A DNA stretch of 64,000 bases, taken from IMG/VR virus record IMGVR_UViG_3300035659_001663, positions 9,183 to 73,182 of that record; one strand, written 5' to 3'. Every line of letters begins with the position of its first letter. The first letter of the stretch is position 1. The stretch comes from a virus. The notes beneath the pieces are model-generated. The model ran no database searches, was not told the origin of the DNA, and saw only the letters and a program-made list of their open reading frames with translations. The translations under genes and the position numbers were made by a program. This document shows positions 1 to 9,863 of the stretch, in pieces.

Positions 1-2
1 TC

Positions 3-314
3 AACCAATTCACAGAAGATCACATTCTTATAAAAGCATCTGTTATCATTGTTAGACTGAGAGCTTTACAACTAAGCAAGAATAAAGGGTTACCTATAAA
101 GATACATAGTAGGTATCTACCAATCTTCGATACTTATATTCAAATCGGCAATAAAGTTGCTACAGAATTACGAAAATGGTTGTTACAGAAGATCAAGCAG
201 GCGCAAACATCTGGTACTGACTATAATTTAACTGCCGGTGACCTTTTCTCATACTTTTCAATCGTGTCAGATAGACGATTGAAGACTAAGTCCCTCGAAT
301 TACTTCTCCGTTGA
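3..314 (+). CDS. 3' part of a hypothetical protein (starts before the window)
   Basis: Open frame from base 3 (NQFTEDHILIKAS...KSLELLLR) to TGA at 312-314; not in the ORF track because no start is in the window. Confidence 0.5.
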   Translation, partial: NQFTEDHILIKASVIIVRLRALQLSKNKGLPIKIHSRYLPIFDTYIQIGNKVATELRKWLLQKIKQAQTSGTDYNLTAGDLFSYFSIVSDRRLKTKSLELLLR

Positions 315-508
315 TTTATTTCTGAATTGTAAATCAATTGATAATTTTTGTTTATATAGATCTATAATTATCTAAGAGGAGGTCTAAGCGGTTAAAAGAT
401 CGATGAAATTGAAATGTGACTGAAGAAAAAGTCACAAAGTATTAACGTTACACTAATTCACAGTGTGACACGAACTGAACAAAGGTTCAACAAACAAGGA
501 GATTGAAA

Positions 509-1462
509 ATGAAGTTTACTAATCCTGCCATTTGTGCCCGCATTAAAGAAGCTGCTGCTGTTGTTAATCCCTACGTTAAAGACATTCCAGCTGAAGAAAT
601 TATTTATGACGTGCTAGATAAAGTCGGTGTCATTGATAAGTCTGAGTTAAGCATAAAACTGTTAGAAAGCCAAATAACGATTGCCGATTTTAATGAAGCA
701 TTTAGTCGTATACTAACTAAATGCTTCTATCCAGTGCCTGCTGCTAGAGTCAGAGTAATTTTGTCAATTTTGCAAGGAAAAGATCCATTCAAGCAGTCTG
801 AGTGGCAAATAACGAATGATTCACCGAATATTACTGCTTCACCAGACGCAATGACGTTCAAGTTACTGCTTGACACTATGCAGCAAAACAAACCAATAGG
901 TCAACTATCAGATCTTGAATTGATTTCTAAGTATGGTAAAGATTGTTCTTCTGAAGTTGAATGCGAACTTCTTAAGAGATCTAAAGGCCGACCATGCATC
1001 ATATTCAAAAATGATGATACTGTCGATACTGACAATTCTCTAATACTGCTACGAAAAGCAAGACACCAAGAGACTCCAAGTACTTATGCTGTTGATTCTG
1101 GTATCAAATCTGTTTACAAAGTTGGTGACTTTCCCATGAATGTGTTGTATGAATGTCCTATTCATTCACATATTTTGTTAGTTGATGGATACTGTGAAGA
1201 ATGCGGAATTAAATGGCTTGACTTTGAAGTCAATCGAAGCAAGCACATTTTCTTGCGAATGATGTCAGAATCTGCAAAAATTGATCCTATCAATTTGAGA
1301 GCTTATTTGCAACAGTCATTTGAACAATTGACGCAATTGTATCCAAAAGTGTATATGAAATTTGTTGAATTGTATGAAGAAGATAAGTTACCAACATTGA
1401 AGCGCAGATTATCTAAGGCAAAAAACGGCGATCCATTTAGAGTCATCCACACACAGTATTAG
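509..1462 (+). CDS. Hypothetical protein with CPxH...CxxC Zn-ribbon
   Basis: AAGGAG RBS before ATG 509; motif CPIHSHILLVDGYCEECGIKW. Confidence 0.75.
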   Translation: MKFTNPAICARIKEAAAVVNPYVKDIPAEEIIYDVLDKVGVIDKSELSIKLLESQITIADFNEAFSRILTKCFYPVPAARVRVILSILQGKDPFKQSEWQITNDSPNITASPDAMTFKLLLDTMQQNKPIGQLSDLELISKYGKDCSSEVECELLKRSKGRPCIIFKNDDTVDTDNSLILLRKARHQETPSTYAVDSGIKSVYKVGDFPMNVLYECPIHSHILLVDGYCEECGIKWLDFEVNRSKHIFLRMMSESAKIDPINLRAYLQQSFEQLTQLYPKVYMKFVELYEEDKLPTLKRRLSKAKNGDPFRVIHTQY

Positions 1463-1496
1463 AGCTATGCTCCCTCATTTATAGAAGGGAAATGTT

Positions 1497-2687
1497 ATGA
1501 TCTCGAGAAATGCAGTTGGTTTTTCTATGGCTCCTAATATGTGTCGTGTTATGGAGTCAGATGGATTTTTTGCATCAATTATGCGATCAGATAAGAAGAA
1601 AGACAGTGATGATTCATCATTGCCACCAGGTATACCTATTCCAGTGCTACCTGTAGATTATCTTAAGAGTCGACCAGATTTTTGGGTTGGTGGTCAGGGT
1701 TCATATGTTTGTCCTGTCGAATCAGATTGGGCTCTATGGTTCAACTGGGTTATGAACAATAATGATATATCAATTCTTACATCTGTAAAAGGCATGAACC
1801 CAATTACTGGGCAACGTACATCAGGTTTACAACTTGAACAGTATAAAGAAAAATGTCCAGTACATAATGTAAAATTTCTACATGGTCAATTGTGTCCTGA
1901 GTGTAATTTTAAGTGGCCTGAACAAAACTATATAGCTGACCCAATGCCATTTTATTGGGATGGATTTAGATCAGCTGATGGCACTGTTAGACAATTCTAT
2001 TTCACTGAAGACATGATGAAGTCAGTGCCAGAATTAGTTATTGGAAAAGATGATACTGTTCCAGCATTTGGATTTTGTTTTTATCAGTTGAAGAATCGAA
2101 AAACAAATTATGAAAATGGTAATCGATATAAGAACAAATTTCCAAAAGAGTTTCGTTATAGTGGATCTTCTGGATACTCGGGCGATGGTTCTTCAGGATT
2201 GTCTGGATACACAGGTGGTGGTTCTTCTATACGTATGAAGAGTTTAATTCATCCAGATGTGTTTTGTAGAACAATTTCAGATTTGAAAGCAGATAGTTCG
2301 TCAATATCAATTTATCATACTAGTTCTAGTGCTGATGCTAGTAGCACATTACTTAATTGTTGTAACACGAAATCTGATTCAATGTCTTTTACATCATCGC
2401 ATGATTCAATGTTAGGTTTAGGTTCAGCTGTGCCATGTGCTGCTGCAGTGACTGAACGATCAATGACAGCTGAAGTTGGTATTGGTGCAGGCGCTAAAAT
2501 CTCTCAAAATATAATGCGTGATAGACATTCTATAGATGAATGGCAAGAAAAGCCTGCAGGTATTATTCGATTATATTTTGTGTTTCGTGAACAGTTTGAA
2601 CGATATGTAGAAGATGGTTTAAGAGATTTATCGGGAATGAAAGAGGGATATTTGAATTCGATACCTGTAGGAGGAACAAATGAATAA
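1497..2687 (+). CDS. Conserved hypothetical protein with Zn-ribbon insert and Gly/Ser-rich linker
   Basis: CPVH...LCPECNFKW; motifs WDGFRSADGTVRQF and GIGAGAKISQNI; SGYSG-type low-complexity stretch. Confidence 0.75.
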   Translation: MISRNAVGFSMAPNMCRVMESDGFFASIMRSDKKKDSDDSSLPPGIPIPVLPVDYLKSRPDFWVGGQGSYVCPVESDWALWFNWVMNNNDISILTSVKGMNPITGQRTSGLQLEQYKEKCPVHNVKFLHGQLCPECNFKWPEQNYIADPMPFYWDGFRSADGTVRQFYFTEDMMKSVPELVIGKDDTVPAFGFCFYQLKNRKTNYENGNRYKNKFPKEFRYSGSSGYSGDGSSGLSGYTGGGSSIRMKSLIHPDVFCRTISDLKADSSSISIYHTSSSADASSTLLNCCNTKSDSMSFTSSHDSMLGLGSAVPCAAAVTERSMTAEVGIGAGAKISQNIMRDRHSIDEWQEKPAGIIRLYFVFREQFERYVEDGLRDLSGMKEGYLNSIPVGGTNE

Positions 2688-3396
2688 GGTTGACTTGTTA
2701 TTTATTGTTGATGTTACTGGGTCAATGAGTGGATTTATACAAGACGCAAAATGCAGAATGCAAAAGATATTGTCAAGTTTGACAACTGAATTTGAGATCG
2801 ATTTGAAAGTCGGTTTAAGTTTGTATCGTGATCATCCATCGCAAGACAAGTCATTTGTTACTGCAGTATTTGATTTAATGGATATTGACAAAATGAATGA
2901 AACTATTAGTGAAATAACAGTTAATGGCGGTGGTGACGCACCAGAAGCTGTTATTGATGGTATTGTTGATGGCGTATCTGGAATGAATTGGCGAGATAAT
3001 AGCAGAAGAATTGCCTTTTTGATTGGAGATGCACCGGCTCATGGAATGACAGAAAATGAGAGTTGTTGTCAATGCGGATTAACATGGGGAAATGCAGTAT
3101 CAGTAACGCAAAAGAACAAAGTTGTAATTTACGCAGTACTGTTGTCAAGCGATTCAATTGCTAGATTAAATTTCAGGACAATTGCTAATTTCACTGGTGG
3201 AATGTTGATTGAGAATGATAATGCGATGAATGTGATACTAGATACTTTGAAGACAGAGTTTGACAATGTCAATTTAGATGCTAAGGTGCTTGAAATGTTG
3301 TCTAAAAATAGTAATGTAGATGATATTTGTAAGATGTTGAATATTGATCGAGATGAATTTACATCGTCAACGTCAAGAATTGTTCAGTTCATCTAA
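2680..3396 (+). CDS. von Willebrand factor A (vWA) domain protein
   Basis: MIDAS motif DVTGSMS, GGGDAPEA, LIGDAPAHG; start overlaps the upstream ORF and has an AGGAGG RBS. Confidence 0.9.
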   Translation: MNKVDLLFIVDVTGSMSGFIQDAKCRMQKILSSLTTEFEIDLKVGLSLYRDHPSQDKSFVTAVFDLMDIDKMNETISEITVNGGGDAPEAVIDGIVDGVSGMNWRDNSRRIAFLIGDAPAHGMTENESCCQCGLTWGNAVSVTQKNKVVIYAVLLSSDSIARLNFRTIANFTGGMLIENDNAMNVILDTLKTEFDNVNLDAKVLEMLSKNSNVDDICKMLNIDRDEFTSSTSRIVQFI

Positions 3397-3420
3397 ACGC
3401 GCTTATTGACTGTTGTACTT

Positions 3421-3457
3421 AAAGCTTGATAGAAATGTCAAGCTTTAATTTTGTTTT
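3421..3457 (+). terminator. Rho-independent terminator
   Basis: AAAGCTTGA-loop-TCAAGCTTT followed by a T-rich tract after the vWA gene. Confidence 0.65.
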
Positions 3458-3516
3458 GATATTACGATTATCATTGATAGATGTGGTTGTTATCTGTCGT
3501 CAGTAAGGGAATAGTT

Positions 3517-4854
3517 ATGAATCATTTAGCATTAATTCAGGATGAGTTTTTGAAGATAGCAAAAGATAAAATTGCTATTGATCCTGATTGGTGGAAAAAA
3601 CTTACTCCTGAACAGCAACGTGAGTATATTAGTACTCATCGAAAGACTAAGTTACGACCATTATCAAGACCGACAATGTCAAATAAAGAGTTATTAAAGA
3701 AGCAGCATCCGGCAATTGACGAACAACAAATTCAGGATCGGACTACTCGTAGAATTTTAGCGCAGACGCCAAAGAATTGGAAACAAACATTACTATATAA
3801 CGGAATGGGTGAGGGATCAGAAACAGTTCAATTGTCAGATGCATTAAGACCGAGACAGATAAAAGAAGCATTTGAAGACACGACAGTAATAGCAGTTGTT
3901 GGTTTTGAAGGTGGTCGACCAATAACTGACATGAAACCTGCATTTTTCATGAAGCGGTCTGGATATAAAGATGATAGATTTAATTGCGAAGTTCCTGAAT
4001 TGCAAAATGGCAATGTCGTTAAGAATCAAAAAGGTGAAATAGCTGTCAAGACTATAGCTGAAGAGACTACAAAATGGCGCGGTGGTAGTAGATTTCGTCC
4101 AGCACATTCTTATGTCGATAGAAAATCTGACTTAAGAATGTCAAAGATTATAGAGATGATGCCTGACAAACCGTATACTATATTTGCAGTCAAGTTAGAT
4201 CCTAAACGTATAGAAGCAAAGCAGATGCGATCTGCTCTTAAAGATACAAGTAAAGTTCGTGAAGTTGAGAAGAAAATAGTTGCAAATGCAGCAAAACCAA
4301 TTTATGACTTTTATTCTGATGAATTACAATCTAACATAGCCGTGATACAAAAAGCTTCAATACCATCGTTTAATGATGTATTAGATGACAAAAGTAATTC
4401 TCGTCAAGAAAGAGACGCAATAGAATTAGCATTTCATAAAGTGCAAAATGCAAGATCAAAATTGTCATCATTATCGTCAGCTATTCATAGTATTTATTGG
4501 AATCATTTACCACGAGCTGGCGAGCAGTTAATTGACCCTAAACATTCTGATTCGAGCAAGCAAGAAGTTAAGAGATTTTTAGAGAAAGTGACTGAGTTAA
4601 AGAAACAGTTTGCGAATGAATATTATTCAATAATTCGTGATAGATGTTATGATGTGACTAGACAATTAACAAACAAACAATTTGATGATGCAGTTGATGT
4701 AGTTAAAGATCTCAATCTTAAGAAAGCAATACCGATGATTGATAATTTGAGAACAGTTAGTGATCCGACAACTTTCACTAATGGTGTTGTAGCTGTTAGA
4801 CAAAAAATGCTTGAAGAAGCAAAAAAGTATTTACCTGAAAGTCAACAACAGTAA
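3517..4854 (+). CDS. Probable virion/head-associated protein with N-terminal KxA leader
   Basis: Likely start MNHLAL at 3517; leader ends KIAKDKIA, followed by WWKKLTPEQQREY; function inferred only. Confidence 0.55.
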   Translation: MNHLALIQDEFLKIAKDKIAIDPDWWKKLTPEQQREYISTHRKTKLRPLSRPTMSNKELLKKQHPAIDEQQIQDRTTRRILAQTPKNWKQTLLYNGMGEGSETVQLSDALRPRQIKEAFEDTTVIAVVGFEGGRPITDMKPAFFMKRSGYKDDRFNCEVPELQNGNVVKNQKGEIAVKTIAEETTKWRGGSRFRPAHSYVDRKSDLRMSKIIEMMPDKPYTIFAVKLDPKRIEAKQMRSALKDTSKVREVEKKIVANAAKPIYDFYSDELQSNIAVIQKASIPSFNDVLDDKSNSRQERDAIELAFHKVQNARSKLSSLSSAIHSIYWNHLPRAGEQLIDPKHSDSSKQEVKRFLEKVTELKKQFANEYYSIIRDRCYDVTRQLTNKQFDDAVDVVKDLNLKKAIPMIDNLRTVSDPTTFTNGVVAVRQKMLEEAKKYLPESQQQ

Positions 4855-4868
4855 CTAAGGAGGTCAAT

Positions 4869-5090
4869 ATGGCAGCGTCAGGTCAAAAAGTCACCGTTTC
4901 TGCAGGCATTTCACGTAAAGTTCAAGCTCCTGATTTTAATGACAAAAAATTTGCAAATGTTGAACCGACTACAGGAACAGTTGTATCGAGCGAGTATTCG
5001 ACAACTGCTGGCGTTTCATCTACTATGTCAAATCGTTCTAAAGAGGGTCTTAGCACGGGTGGATATGACAGACATTTTAATGTGTATTGA
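4869..5090 (+). CDS. Small putative virion protein, paralog of the termini of the next gene
   Basis: AAGGAGG RBS; shares N-terminal (P.F.D.KFA) and C-terminal (NR.KEGL...YDR.FNVY) segments with 5120..5842. Confidence 0.7.
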   Translation: MAASGQKVTVSAGISRKVQAPDFNDKKFANVEPTTGTVVSSEYSTTAGVSSTMSNRSKEGLSTGGYDRHFNVY

Positions 5091-5119
5091 ATAAACTTCA
5101 AAACTTTTAGGAGGACAAT

Positions 5120-5842
5120 ATGGTAACAGGGCCAACATTAGTTTCAGTCGGTGGTACATCAGCAAAAGTTGACACGCCTAATTATGGTGATCCTAAGTTT
5201 GCAACTGGTGATATTGTAATTGGATCAGCTGTCAAGAGTATGGTGGCACCTGTATCGACTGTTTCAGTGATAGCTGACAATGCTGGAACATACACAGTAG
5301 GCGCAGTGACGTTGAAGATCAATGGTCATGCTGCAACTGCTGCATACAATGCGACAAAGAATCAGACATTGACAGATTTAGCAGCTGCTATTGCTGCTGC
5401 TGACGTTGTAAATGTTGCGACTGCAGTGTATTCGAGTGTGACGCACACAATAACTATTACTGCAAATACGAACAAACTCGTAGTCGTTTCAGATTTAGTT
5501 TTGACAGCTATCACTGGAACAATGACGATGGTTGTGAATCAGTCTGGTGCAAATGGTGATTGTTATATAGCACCTGCTACTGCAAATGGTTGGACAATTA
5601 ATCGTAAATATACATGGGAAGCAGCAGCATGGGTTGAATCATTACCAGTAACTGGTGAAGTTGTATGGGTGAGCAATCAAAGTAGAGATTATAAGTGGAG
5701 TGGTACTGCATGGGTAGCTAGTGTAATGGCTAATGTCGCTTGTCAGTTGACTACAAGTGCAGTGGGGGTCTCTTCACCCATGTACAATCGTACTAAAGAG
5801 GGTTTGACAAGCAGTTATGATAGACAGTTCAATGTGTATTAA
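5120..5842 (+). CDS. Putative virion structural protein with DUF2793-like segment
   Basis: Thr/Val/Ala-rich beta composition; GDCYI...W...P..GEVVWV...WSGTAW resembles DUF2793; AGGAGG RBS. Confidence 0.6.
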   Translation: MVTGPTLVSVGGTSAKVDTPNYGDPKFATGDIVIGSAVKSMVAPVSTVSVIADNAGTYTVGAVTLKINGHAATAAYNATKNQTLTDLAAAIAAADVVNVATAVYSSVTHTITITANTNKLVVVSDLVLTAITGTMTMVVNQSGANGDCYIAPATANGWTINRKYTWEAAAWVESLPVTGEVVWVSNQSRDYKWSGTAWVASVMANVACQLTTSAVGVSSPMYNRTKEGLTSSYDRQFNVY

Positions 5843-5845
5843 GTT

Positions 5846-7756
5846 ATGAATCTGCAACCATTAAGAGAGCGAGCTGACTATGGAGTTGATGGTGATCAAC
5901 TTGAACGTCAGTTCGCTCTTTTGTCACGTGAAAACAAGAATCTAATCAAAGATCAATTTGCTGGTCGGTTAAAAGGAGTCAATATGGACTCGATAGTTGA
6001 TAAAATTGCAAGTGAAATTCTTGCAAGTGAAAAAGAGGCAGTCTCGCCTCCAGGGTGGTCTGGAACTGTACGTGCCATGAAACACCATAAGGACATTACT
6101 AATCCTTGGGCATTGTGCTTCACAGCAGATACTAAAGTTTTATTGTTTGATGGTAGAAGCTTGACCATGAAAGAGTTAGTTGATGAATTTGGAATTGAAA
6201 AAAGTACTTATGTATTTTCTTATGATATTCAAAATGACAAGATTGTAGCAGGCGTTGCTCATGATTTTAGACGAACAGCTGAAGGTGCTAAATTAGTAGA
6301 AGTTACATTAGATAATGGTAAAAAAATTCGTTGTACATTGTCTCATATGTTTTTGATGAATGACGGTTCATATAAAGAAGCTCAAGATTTACAATCTGGT
6401 GAATCTTTGATGCCGATTTATTTTGATGTTCATGAAGGATCATTTTGTGATGGTTATAAACGTGCATGGTCAAAGGATAATAAAAAGCATTTTGTTCATA
6501 GAATAGCAGCTAAATATAAGTTTGGAAAAGAGTGGTCGAAAGGTTTTATCATTCATCACAATAATTTTGATAAGAATAATAATAGTCCAGATAATTTGAA
6601 ATTGATGACATGTGCTGAACACTCTACTTTTCATAGAACTGCTGATAAAGCACAACATTTAGTTGATTATAATAAATCAGACGCGGGTCGTGCATTGGCA
6701 GCAGTTACAGGTAAGAGAAACATGAAGAAGTTGTGGAGTGAGCGTCGTGAAGAAATGATTGTAAATTGTAAGAAAAATGGTTCAAAAGGCGGTGATTGTG
6801 GTAAGTATGCATTACTTAAATATAATAAATCGCAAGCTGCTATTGATTCAATGAGTCGTAGAAATCTAGATGGATCAATAATAACAGCTAAAATGATAAA
6901 AATAGCTAAAAAAATATTAGATTTTGGATTAGGAATAAATGAAGCTACATGGAACGAGCATAAAGGATATAAAAGCAACCCATCGTTTAATAAATTATTA
7001 GAAATGTTTGGGTCAGTAAGTAATTTTCTTGAAAAATTTAACGTTAATATTGTTTACAGTACGCGAGTTAAATATAATTGTCTAAAGATTACAAAAAGAA
7101 TTTTAGAGAAGAACCTGCCTATTAATGATACTACTTGGGATAAATACAAGCGATCGTTTAAAAATCCTCATTTGTTAATAGCCATTGAACTGTTTGGTTC
7201 AATAGATAATTTAATATTTGAGACTGAAAAAAAATATGATCTAATTACAAATCACAAAGTTGTCAGTGTCAATCGGCTTGAATGCGTAGAAGATGTATAC
7301 GATTTTATAGTCAACAATTATCATAATTTTGCACTCGATGCCGGAGTGTTTGTACATAATAGTCATTGGATGGCTAAGCAGAAGCCGGGCGCAAAATGGG
7401 GACCTGGCGGAAAACTGAAAAAGTCTCCAGAACCGCATTATAAACCAGAGAAGAAAAAGAAGAAGTCTGATAATGAGAATATTGATAAGGTTGCTGAAAT
7501 TGCAGATGAAGTAATTGCAGAAGTCATGACCGGACCTGCGATACCGGTTACTCCCATAACAGAGTCTACACGCAAATTTTCAACAGTTGATTCAATTAAG
7601 ACTGATGACGGCTACATTACAATCAAAGCTAATTATGATGAAAAAGATGGCGAAGTTATTCTTGAAGAATATGTTGTGGACAAAGATGGCGATGTTCAGA
7701 CATATAATAATGTAGATGATTTTACTGACAGATTGGTAAGTGAAGGACTGCTCTAA
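5846..7756 (+). CDS. Intein-containing putative head protein (alternative in-frame start 5984)
   Basis: Extein VSPPGWSGTVRAMKHHKDITNPWAL|SHWMAKQ; AAGGAG before ATG 5984; KIA/KEA/KVA motifs. Confidence 0.75.
   Translation: MNLQPLRERADYGVDGDQLERQFALLSRENKNLIKDQFAGRLKGVNMDSIVDKIASEILASEKEAVSPPGWSGTVRAMKHHKDITNPWALCFTADTKVLLFDGRSLTMKELVDEFGIEKSTYVFSYDIQNDKIVAGVAHDFRRTAEGAKLVEVTLDNGKKIRCTLSHMFLMNDGSYKEAQDLQSGESLMPIYFDVHEGSFCDGYKRAWSKDNKKHFVHRIAAKYKFGKEWSKGFIIHHNNFDKNNNSPDNLKLMTCAEHSTFHRTADKAQHLVDYNKSDAGRALAAVTGKRNMKKLWSERREEMIVNCKKNGSKGGDCGKYALLKYNKSQAAIDSMSRRNLDGSIITAKMIKIAKKILDFGLGINEATWNEHKGYKSNPSFNKLLEMFGSVSNFLEKFNVNIVYSTRVKYNCLKITKRILEKNLPINDTTWDKYKRSFKNPHLLIAIELFGSIDNLIFETEKKYDLITNHKVVSVNRLECVEDVYDFIVNNYHNFALDAGVFVHNSHWMAKQKPGAKWGPGGKLKKSPEPHYKPEKKKKKSDNENIDKVAEIADEVIAEVMTGPAIPVTPITESTRKFSTVDSIKTDDGYITIKANYDEKDGEVILEEYVVDKDGDVQTYNNVDDFTDRLVSEGLL
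6116..7360 (+). mobile_element. Intein (415 aa) with HNH homing endonuclease domain
   Basis: Block A CFTADTKV, block B IRCTLSHMF, blocks F/G DVYDFIV..HNFAL..GVFVHN followed by Ser; internal HNH VHRIAA...IHH.NFDKNNNSPDNL. Confidence 0.93.
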
Positions 7757-7761
7757 CTATT

Positions 7762-7797
7762 ATGTTGTCGGTCAATTATAATATTGACTGACAACAT
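7762..7797 (+). terminator. Long hairpin after the intein gene (terminator or processing site)
   Basis: ATGTTGTCGGTCAAT-TATAAT-ATTGACTGACAACAT; 15-bp stem with one G-U pair. Confidence 0.55.
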
Positions 7798-7894
7798 CTT
7801 CATCAATTGCTGCAATAATTTCTTCATCTAGTACTTCTTTTGATAAATTCGCACTATTATATTGATATGGTCGAAATCTGTAAAGAGGGTCAAC

Positions 7895-8782
7895 ATGCTT
7901 TACATTACACAACGTACGAATAGACATATAGTAAAGAAATTAAGCACTACTTCATTACCAGCAGTCTATGTAAGTCATTTTGGTACGTTTGAAGTTAAAG
8001 GCAGTGGTCTTACTACGTTTGATAATCCTTGGGGCGTTACACATGATACTTCAAATAACATTTATGTTTGTGACTTTGAGAATCAACGTATAACAAAATT
8101 TGATTCGTCTTTAGCATACATAACTAGTTATGATACTCGAACTGCAGGTGATTCTGCGATTGGAAATCCCTGTGCAATATTATTTGACATTACTACTGGT
8201 AACTTATATGTTGCAGGCGTTTTTGATGATGCTTATGTTAGAATCCAAAGATTCACAACATCATTAACTAGTGTTAGAATTAGTGGTAACTTAAATACTG
8301 CTGGTCAAATGTGGTTTAGACCTACTGGAATATGCCGCGGATTTATTTCAGGCAGACTTCTAGTTGCAGGTTGTAATCTTGGACTGTTTCAAACCATAGA
8401 AACTTCATCGTTTTCTTCATTTACTACAGAGAATATTGTAGGTGAGACGACATCATGGCCTCAGTTGTTTACGACTACAACATATAATTCAGTGATAAAG
8501 CATTCAAATGGCAATGTATATGTTAATAATGGTCGTCAAATCTTACGCGTGTCCAATACTTCACCGACAATGACTAATATTGGAGACTCAAATGTGATTA
8601 GCAATAGTTTAATTAGTGGATTGAAAGAAGGTACTGGTGGATCAATTTTGACATATTTGAATGATAAGCAAAAGATAATTAGATTTAATGAGAACATGAA
8701 TTTCTTAGGAGATGTTTATTGGACAACAGGAGTAACTGTAGATTCAGACGCATATGATGTAGTTGATTTTACAGAAATTTAA
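7895..8782 (+). CDS. NHL-repeat/beta-propeller protein, paralog 1
   Basis: Likely start MLYITQRTNRH at 7895; FDNPWGVTHD..NNIYVCDFENQRITKFD is an NHL repeat. Confidence 0.8.
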   Translation: MLYITQRTNRHIVKKLSTTSLPAVYVSHFGTFEVKGSGLTTFDNPWGVTHDTSNNIYVCDFENQRITKFDSSLAYITSYDTRTAGDSAIGNPCAILFDITTGNLYVAGVFDDAYVRIQRFTTSLTSVRISGNLNTAGQMWFRPTGICRGFISGRLLVAGCNLGLFQTIETSSFSSFTTENIVGETTSWPQLFTTTTYNSVIKHSNGNVYVNNGRQILRVSNTSPTMTNIGDSNVISNSLISGLKEGTGGSILTYLNDKQKIIRFNENMNFLGDVYWTTGVTVDSDAYDVVDFTEI

Positions 8783-8796
8783 CGAGAGGTATTGCT

Positions 8797-9732
8797 ATGG
8801 CTAATAAAATTTATCTAACACAGCGTACTAATAGGCATGTAGTAAAGAGATTAGATTCAACAGCTACGCCTGCAACATATGATTCAGCTATTTTTGGTAC
8901 GTGGGGAATACCGGGATCAACAAGTAGTACATTGAATTTTCCATGGGGCGTGACTAGAGATTCAAGTGGTAGTATTTATGTATGTGACACAGAGAATAAG
9001 CGGATTGTCAAATTGGATTCTAGTTTAGCGTATTTGACATCTTATGATACATCAGCAACAGTTGGCGTACCATATTCAATATTCTATGAACTTGCAACTA
9101 ACAATATTTATGTTGTTGGTGTAGAATTGATTTATGGCGCAGCAGTTAGAATTGAGCGATTGACGACATCATTCGTACAGACATTACTTAGTAGTAATTT
9201 GGGTGTGATTAAAGACTTGTCATTTAAGCCTGTTGGCATTTGTAGAGGTGAAGCTGGAAAGATTTGGGTAGTTGGCGCTGATCTTGATATTTTTGAGACA
9301 ATAGAAAGTGGATCTTTTTCACCGTTTATCACAAGATCAATTTATCGTGAGATTACAACATATCCTGAACTGTTTACTACTACTCGATATAATGGTATAG
9401 TTCATCATTCAAATGGTAGTCTTTATGTTACTAATGGCAGGAAGATAATTCGGGCATTGATATCTATTTCACCGGCGCCATTTGTAAACGTTGGAGATTC
9501 TGATTTCGTGTCAAAGACTATTTATGGGCTTAAAGAGGGTGTTGGCGGATCATTGTTAGTGTATTGTGCTGATTCTAGTACAATTTATAATCCAGTTCGA
9601 GGCAAGCATAATCAGAAGATTATGCGATTTGATGATGACCTGAATTTTGTTGATGATGTTTATATCGATAGTGGCAGTGCTATAACGACAGATGCTTATG
9701 AAATAATGGATTTTGTTGAAGCTACTGTTTAA
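8797..9732 (+). CDS. NHL-repeat/beta-propeller protein, paralog 2
   Basis: LNFPWGVTRDSSGSIYVCDTENKRIVKLD; colinear with paralog 1. Confidence 0.8.
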   Translation: MANKIYLTQRTNRHVVKRLDSTATPATYDSAIFGTWGIPGSTSSTLNFPWGVTRDSSGSIYVCDTENKRIVKLDSSLAYLTSYDTSATVGVPYSIFYELATNNIYVVGVELIYGAAVRIERLTTSFVQTLLSSNLGVIKDLSFKPVGICRGEAGKIWVVGADLDIFETIESGSFSPFITRSIYREITTYPELFTTTRYNGIVHHSNGSLYVTNGRKIIRALISISPAPFVNVGDSDFVSKTIYGLKEGVGGSLLVYCADSSTIYNPVRGKHNQKIMRFDDDLNFVDDVYIDSGSAITTDAYEIMDFVEATV

Positions 9733-9863
9733 TTTGAACAACTCATGAAAATTATTGATTGCTTGTTCAGTCAACAATTGCAATATTATAGCATCATTAT
9801 GCACATGAATATTGTATTCAACATTCAGAATGATTTAGCTTAGATTTATCTAAGTTTGAAAGA

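Noticed and set aside
415-436. CRP-like operator (TGTGA...TCACA)
   Set aside because: Spacer is 12 nt rather than 6; only a short isolated inverted repeat
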